DNA of 64,000 nucleotides, taken from assembly GCA_031581455.1 (NCBI GenBank), contig JAVLBJ010000001.1, positions 2,568 through 66,567 of the forward strand. Direction: 5' to 3'. Below, in pieces: positions 61,682 through 64,000 of the stretch. Both the position numbers and the translations under genes were made by a program. Under the pieces are notes generated by a model. The model was given only the letters and a program-made list of their open reading frames with translations. It ran no database searches and had not been told where the DNA came from. The DNA comes from Psychroflexus sp. Lineage in GTDB: Bacteria > Bacteroidota > Bacteroidia > Flavobacteriales > Flavobacteriaceae. Numbering within the stretch: position 1 is the stretch's first letter; every line of letters starts with the position of its first letter.

Positions 61682-61760
61682 TTCCCTTGGCAACATTATT
61701 TGCCCAGGTTCAACGGGTATAATCTCAGCCCAGATAATTATCAGGGCACCCCTTTTGAGA
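61682..61760 (-). ncRNA. TPP riboswitch aptamer
   Basis: Minus strand GGGGTGC-[CCTGATA/TATCTGGG]-CTGAGA-TTATACCC-GTTGAACCTG-[GGCAA-ATAATG-TTGCC]-AAGGGAA. Confidence 0.93.
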
Positions 61761-61765
61761 TATGA

Positions 61766-61773
61766 CAAATTTA
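61766..61773 (-). promoter_or_regulatory. -7 box for the riboswitch transcript
   Basis: Minus strand TAAATTTG just upstream of the aptamer. Confidence 0.65.
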
Positions 61774-61820
61774 ATAATAAAAAAATAAAAAGACTTCTTT
61801 AGCTATTTATTTTTTAAAGG

Positions 61821-62291
61821 TCACTTATTTTCTGTAGACAATAGTTCCTCAGCTTGTTCAATAGAAGAGTTGATTTTTCTTTGCATGCTTTCAGCCTCAT
61901 TTTTTAACTTATCCAGTTCTTTAAGTGCCTTTTTAAGAGAATCTACATCTCTGGTTTTGATACCCTGATTGATCTGCTCAGCGGTAAATGTGTTACTGAG
62001 GTCTTTCATCCAGGTCATCATTTGGTCATGGGATTGCTCCAGATCTTGTTTAGCGGCTTGAACCTCTTTTGTTTCGCTCAAGCTATCTTTCTTTTGCTCT
62101 AACTTTTTCATCAAGTTGCTTACTTCACCCATTTTAGGCATGACGCTATCATGTATGGCGATGGTTTTCTCCATCTTTTCGTCAAACATTTTAACTTCCT
62201 TAGGGGCTTTATCCTGACAACCTGTTATAATTAATGCTATTATCAGACTAACAGATCCATACTTTAGTAGTTTTCTTAATTTCATAATCAT
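61821..62291 (-). CDS. Conserved helical lipoprotein of unknown function
   Basis: Lipobox ITGC; IAIHDSVMPKMG and M-TWM motifs; start likely 62291 or 62285 rather than 62312. Confidence 0.75.
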   Translation of the reverse strand: MIMKLRKLLKYGSVSLIIALIITGCQDKAPKEVKMFDEKMEKTIAIHDSVMPKMGEVSNLMKKLEQKKDSLSETKEVQAAKQDLEQSHDQMMTWMKDLSNTFTAEQINQGIKTRDVDSLKKALKELDKLKNEAESMQRKINSSIEQAEELLSTENK

Positions 62292-62298
62292 TTGATAT

Positions 62299-63405
62299 TT
62301 AAATGGTTTCATATTGTTTTCCGGGAAGTGGTCTTATCTTTCCTTTCAGTTCCAAATTTAGTAATATTGACGCTAATTGATGCCCGGGAATATTGGTTTT
62401 TATAACTAAATTATCTAACTCTTCCTTACCTTTATCTGCTATGACAGCAACCACCTTTTTTTCTTCTTCATTTAAGTTTACAAATAAAGATTGCTGCTTT
62501 CCGGCTTTTTCTTTTTCAATATCCCAGTTAAGCAGGTAAACGATATCTGCAGCACAGGTAATCAAATGCGCCTGTTGTTTTTTAATTAAATTATTGCAAC
62601 CTAAGCTAAAACGGTCGCTTGGCCTCCCAGGTACAGCAAATACCTCCCGGTTGTATTGATTAGCAAAATCTGCAGTAATTAATGAACCTCCTTTTTCTGC
62701 ACTTTCTACAACAATAGTAGCTTCTGTCATGCCGGCAATAATTCGATTTCTCTTCACAAAATTCTTTCTGTCAAAATTAGCTTCAGAGGTAAAATCTGTT
62801 ATAAAGCCGCCATTTTGTTCTATAGATTTGATATATTTAGCATGTACCGCTGGATACAATTTATTTAATCCATGACCTAATACGGCAATATTTTGCAGGT
62901 TATGCTCAATGGCGGCTTTATGAGCAGTAATATCTGTGCCAAAAGCAAAGCCAGAAACAATTACCGGATTTAATGGCGCCAAATCCTCTACTAGCCGGTT
63001 GCAAAAATCTACGCCTTGTGCGGTTATTCTCCGAGTTCCTACTATGCTGATAATAGGTTTGTTTCTTATATTAAAATTCCCGCGATTAAAAACTAATATA
63101 GGTGCATCCTGACATTGATTTAATCGTTTAGGATAATTTTCATCTTTAAAATACCAAAGATTGATGTCTTCCTTATCGATGTACTGCATTTCGGTCTCAG
63201 CCTCAGCAATTAAGTTGGTTTTAGATATTTCCTTAACCAGATTTTCACCTATACCATCTATCAGCGATAAATTTTTGGGTTTTTCTTTAAAAACAGCTTC
63301 AGCAGAGCCCAGCTTTGCGATGAGTTTTCGTGCGTATATATCACCTATATGCTTAGCTTTAGTTAAGGCTAAGGCATATAAAATTTCATTTTGGTTTGAA
63401 GTCAT
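62299..63405 (-). CDS. dprA: DNA-processing protein DprA
   Basis: YPKRL-QC-DAP, ISIVGTR, VSG-A-G-D--AH, RNRIIAG, ES--KGGSLITA, REVFAVPG, GCN-LI, winged-helix tail. Confidence 0.96.
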   Translation of the reverse strand: MTSNQNEILYALALTKAKHIGDIYARKLIAKLGSAEAVFKEKPKNLSLIDGIGENLVKEISKTNLIAEAETEMQYIDKEDINLWYFKDENYPKRLNQCQDAPILVFNRGNFNIRNKPIISIVGTRRITAQGVDFCNRLVEDLAPLNPVIVSGFAFGTDITAHKAAIEHNLQNIAVLGHGLNKLYPAVHAKYIKSIEQNGGFITDFTSEANFDRKNFVKRNRIIAGMTEATIVVESAEKGGSLITADFANQYNREVFAVPGRPSDRFSLGCNNLIKKQQAHLITCAADIVYLLNWDIEKEKAGKQQSLFVNLNEEEKKVVAVIADKGKEELDNLVIKTNIPGHQLASILLNLELKGKIRPLPGKQYETI

Positions 63406-63428
63406 CTGAGATAAAACTTAATGAATGA

Positions 63429-64000
63429 TTAGGTATGGTCTTCATCTTTAATATCCTCTTCAGCAACTTTAACAGAAGCCTCTTTTTTCATCTCTTTACC
63501 TATATAAATCAACTTGTCATCTTTCTCTACATCTATATTGTTGCTGTCTGATGGTATGATATCCAGCTCGCCAGTTTCTGATCTTTTAACAAATATAGGA
63601 ATAATCTCAGGGTCGGTTTTACTGATTTCAATCAAGCCGCTGTAATGATCAATAGAATTTAAATCAATTTCATGAATATTAGGATATCGCCTGGTAAGGT
63701 TAACCAACTTGATATAGTCATCAGTATGAGAAAAAAGGCCTTCTTTAGGATTATTTTCTGGATTTTTCATCTCATCAGATGATATAACTCTATAAGTTCC
63801 TTTCTCACCTAACTGTTTCTGGAAGTTTTCTATGGCTTTTTTGTTAACCGCCGTATTTCCTGTTAAAGCCATAAGGTATCCTATATCATTCAGCTCGATA
63901 TTATTCATCAAATCATCAGAATAAACATTTGCTGTAAATGCTTCTAACCCCATATTTTTAGCTTCTTCAATATTATTTTTGTTATTATCTACGATGACCA
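63429..64000 (-). CDS. C-terminal part of a probable cation:proton antiporter with NAD-binding/TrkA-like domain, 5'-partial
   Basis: Frame open to the window edge (VIVDNNKNNIEEAKNMGLEAF...); GYLMALTGN--VN; family assignment from recall of this flavobacterial tail, no TM domain visible. Confidence 0.55.
   Translation of the reverse strand, partial: VIVDNNKNNIEEAKNMGLEAFTANVYSDDLMNNIELNDIGYLMALTGNTAVNKKAIENFQKQLGEKGTYRVISSDEMKNPENNPKEGLFSHTDDYIKLVNLTRRYPNIHEIDLNSIDHYSGLIEISKTDPEIIPIFVKRSETGELDIIPSDSNNIDVEKDDKLIYIGKEMKKEASVKVAEEDIKDEDHT

Noticed and set aside
1-64000. Prophage, IS element, anti-phage defence system or toxin-antitoxin pair
   Set aside because: No ORF in the track has integrase, transposase, nuclease, methylase or toxin motifs; intergenic gaps are too short to hide one

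Overview
AT-rich Bacteroidota chromosome segment. T9SS genes, TAnnTTTG -7 promoter boxes and gene order point to Flavobacteriaceae; very acidic secreted proteins suggest a marine or halophilic lifestyle (inference). Most of it is housekeeping: the bat operon, SulP plus beta-carbonic anhydrase, serS, tRNA-Leu(CAA), prs-rplY-pth-ribF, hflX, purH-mreBCD-mrdA-rodA, lysS/lepA, pckA, hemD, pyrC and dprA. Accessory parts are a T9SS type-B cassette (two substrates, SprF/PorP, PorE-like), a vitamin K-dependent carboxylase-like HTTM protein, a DUF547-glycosyltransferase pair, an M36 protease, a stand-alone capD/wza/wzc trio and a TPP-riboswitch-controlled TonB receptor. I found no integrase, transposase, CRISPR array, defence system or obvious pseudogene. 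Best leads: (1) a T9SS passenger with 741 consecutive residues lacking K, R, H and M, 1.5 kb from the carboxylase-like gene; (2) sharply bounded GC/GC3-rich patches inside sulP, serS and the TonB receptor, suggesting mosaic alleles; (3) a degenerate-repeat element directly behind tRNA-Leu; (4) a readable riboswitch expression platform. All functional links are hypotheses. All percentages are hand counts on the short stretches named.
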